Shown piece after piece: positions 61,180 to 64,000 of a stretch of 64,000 bases of DNA. The translations under genes were made by a program, and so were the position numbers. Below the pieces are notes generated by a model. The model did no database searches. It was given only the letters and a program-made list of their open reading frames with translations, and was not told the origin of the DNA. The DNA comes from Amoebidium appalachense (Eukaryota; Protista; Ichthyosporea), in assembly GCA_963693365.1 (NCBI GenBank), contig CAVNZM010000002.1, forward strand, positions 3,922,259-3,986,258. Direction: 5' to 3'. Position 1 is the stretch's first letter, and each line of letters starts with the position of its first letter.

Positions 61180-61620
61180 TCCCCCAGGATGCATTTTGCT
61201 GATGTTACATACTGTGTACGTTATTGTTGCATACTTGAATGTTTGCATTTGCATGTGTTCTGCACCGTGTTTCCTGTCATGTGGTTGTGCTTCGTATCGC
61301 GTTCCGCAATCTACCCCCCCACCGCCACCGCCACCGCCACCGTCGCCACCCACCCACCCACCCACCCACCCAAAAAAACGTACACACACACACACACACA
61401 CACAAGAAGCTCGAGGGCAGAAGTTTGTGTGTGATGTGTTTTGAAAAGGGGCAGGGGGGCGGGGGGTATGCCTTTGCATGTACACAGTGTTTAGAGGGCA
61501 AATCCGTGTCACATTTCTGACTTTCCTTCCTCTCTGCAGCCCGACCGACAGCTGTCGTTTGAGCAAGTGAGCAAGGAGGTTGCTGAGAAGTCGGCCACCA
61601 CTGCCCAGCCCAAGGCCTAG
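59847..61620 (+). CDS. 95-aa protein with a PDCD4-N-terminal / HABP4-Stf2-like motif and no MA3 domains
   Basis: Exons 59847-59931, 60279-60400 and 61540-61620 (288 nt, GT-AG) encode MPHRDHTSHKEVKDDRHSKTGVQGDPKKGGAGGHYTWGKAGDEVDADSGVNDPKDPNYEGDEKAPLPPVPDRQLSFEQVSKEVAEKSATTAQPKA*. A 5'-UTR acceptor is likely at 59830. Confidence 0.78.
60814..60840 (+). repeat. Copy of the dispersed intronic element (intron 2 of the 95-aa gene)
   Basis: GTGTTGTCCGTTGTGAATGTGCACTTC. Confidence 0.8.
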
Positions 61621-62832
61621 GCCACACCCACCATGTGCATGTGTACTCCCTATTAGCGTGTAACTATGGAGCAATACATGTCACATGTAAGGAGTTGTGT
61701 GCCCTTTGGATTATGGAGCTGTATAACCAGAACAAACGTAAACATGTGTGTGTGTGTTTGACGTGACCAGAGTCTTTTGGTGGGTACGTTATAGATGAGG
61801 GATGGTGGTTTGGGATTGATGTGTGCAAGAACACAGTAGTTTAAGGCTGCTATTCCACCACCCAAAAAATAACACCTTGTAGCTGTAAGGTGCACCCAAG
61901 TCATATGATTAAAGCCGTGTTTCTTTTTTCTTGTTCCTTTTTTTTTTTTTTTTTTTTAGCCCCTTGCTTCTCACAGTCAGCTTCGTGGCCTTGTGTACGA
62001 AAAATAAACTGCCCGTTGGGTTTCAACAACCAAATTGTCTTGCATGTCCCTGCGCCGTGCGCACCTGAGGTGACATTGAAACTCTGGGCGGATTGACCCC
62101 GGCCTCCCCCCCCCCCCCCCCCCCCAAACACACACACACACACACACACAAAAAAAAAAGAACCCCCACCCCTCCTCGGGACTGGGCCTCTGGCCCCCCT
62201 CCCTCTCCCCCCGAAATAATTATCATCGTTGTAGTGTTCACCTGAGCATCGAGGTCTGTGTATTCGGTGCGTGTGGGTGGGTGGGTTGTGTACCGAGTCG
62301 TGCACTTGCGCATGGCATTGCTTAGAAACATGTACATATCATGTGTGCGCACGTGTACTATGGTGGCATTGTTGCATGTTGGGATGCACTGTGTGTTCTT
62401 GTTTGGTGTCACGTTATTTGCCACCGTGTGTGACACTCTGTGTGTGTGTATGTGCGTGCACGTTTGTACGTGTGTGTGTGCGCTGCAGTGCATAACCATA
62501 ATTGATTGTACGTGCGAGTGCATGCCCTTGGTGGACACGGCAGGTGCGTCTGAGTTGACATAAAATTAAACCAAGTTAGCTGTGTGACTTCAGGCCAATT
62601 ATCATGCATATATACATACTATATATATATGGATATTCGGAAGACTATCTTACTCATTAACTAAGTCTATCTAAGCCTATCGTGACAAAGCAACAAAATA
62701 CTTACTAACAACTAAAAAAGTAGGAATATGAAAGGCTCCCTGATCACGGGCCCGCAAGAGGCCTCCTAAAGGGCAGGGGGTGAGCTCGAGATCTTGCGGG
62801 CCGGACGGGGGGGACGGGGGACGAGGGACGCG

Positions 62833-62873
<41 letters not shown>

Positions 62874-64000
62874 AAGAGGCACATGTATGATGGGCTTGAG
62901 AGCAGAAAGAAAACAGCGGCATCCAATAAAAAACCGTGCTAAGAAGCAATAATGATAGTGCGCATGCGGTAGGGTATAATGAAGTAGAAAAGTGTGTGTG
63001 TGTGCAGTTCAAGTGCATTTACGTGCTGTCTTCAGAAGGCCCAACTTTGAACATCTTCTATCTGGCGAACTGGAAATCATTCCATATGACTTTGCATTTG
63101 TGCAGCCCACAAAGTGCTCAAAGTGTTAACGTTTTAGCTGCAGCGAAATCAAGAGTCGCAATATTAGCTGCTTTCGGGCCAAGACGCGAGGGCCCACCAA
63201 ATCCTCTATGTTTCATGTGACAAAGGTTTTCTTCTTCTTATGAGGCCCCCCCACACCTGTATTATTTGACAAATCTGAAAACACCGGGAAAAGGATCATC
63301 TGTCGCGCGTGCACACACGCGGTCCACAATGTTTTATTCAACTGTTACAAACACGTTTTCACGGTTTTTTGCGCTATCTTACTAAAATGGAAATGATGAT
63401 GTGGTCCAACCACACACGTTTATCGTTTTGCTTTTGAAACTGTAGGTCGTCCCTTATGTGCATTTTACGATTATTTTAAAGCGCCTGGCTTCACGCCGAC
63501 AACATTTTAGCAAAAACAAACCAATCTCATTATCAGATATAGATATGTGCTATGCATTTAACTTATTTACAACAAAGAAAGGGTACTGGCTTTTACCTTC
63601 TAAGCACCGCTCGTCATTAGGTAATTAAGGGTGACACAGAATAACCATACACGGCGATCTTTCAATCGCATGACTGCGTATTGGCTGTTCTTTCGCTTAG
63701 TCTTAACGATCTAACCATGGTTAAGTCACATTATGCATCAAGGAAAAAACAAAGAAAACAAAAAGGAAAAAAGGAGGAGAAAAGGAAAGGAAAGAAAAGC
63801 AACCCCTTCAATCAGGTGTATATCACAAGCGCGAAGAGGGAAACCAAGAACCACATCCTCTACACCACATCAAATGATTTCGGAAATTCCACGGAAATAT
63901 CAAATTTTTAAAAAATACAATCTAAGGAATAAAATCAAGCCTCAACCTACACCCGGGCGTAACAGGCGCCGTAAACCTAGCCACGCCATTGGTTGTTGTT

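Overview
Eukaryotic genomic DNA, very intron-rich. It is probably a unicellular opisthokont or holozoan; this is inferred from gene content and not proven. Almost all ORFs in the supplied track are artefacts of (CA)n/(GT)n and poly-G/C tracts. Manual splicing recovers seven genes: the 5' half of gamma-tubulin (-); a Tom20-SMYD/SET fusion (+, 11 exons, 423 aa); GTPBP1/2 (-, 16 exons, one apparent homopolymer frameshift); an intronless class C GPCR-like gene (+); a PH-REM-CDC25 RasGEF (-, at least 24 exons); an intronless ZNF451-type PIN-domain gene (-); and a 95-aa protein consisting only of a PDCD4/Stf2-like motif (+). The most unusual signals are intronic. A dispersed ~100-nt element (core GTGTTGTCCGTCGTGAATGTGCACTTC) occurs in all five intron-containing genes, always sense to the host transcript. 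Many 3' splice sites have (CA)n instead of a polypyrimidine tract, three donors are GC, and degenerate copies of exon ends recur in adjacent introns. A tRNA-headed SINE-like element and a foldback-like element lie in the 31.5-33.3 kb intergenic region.
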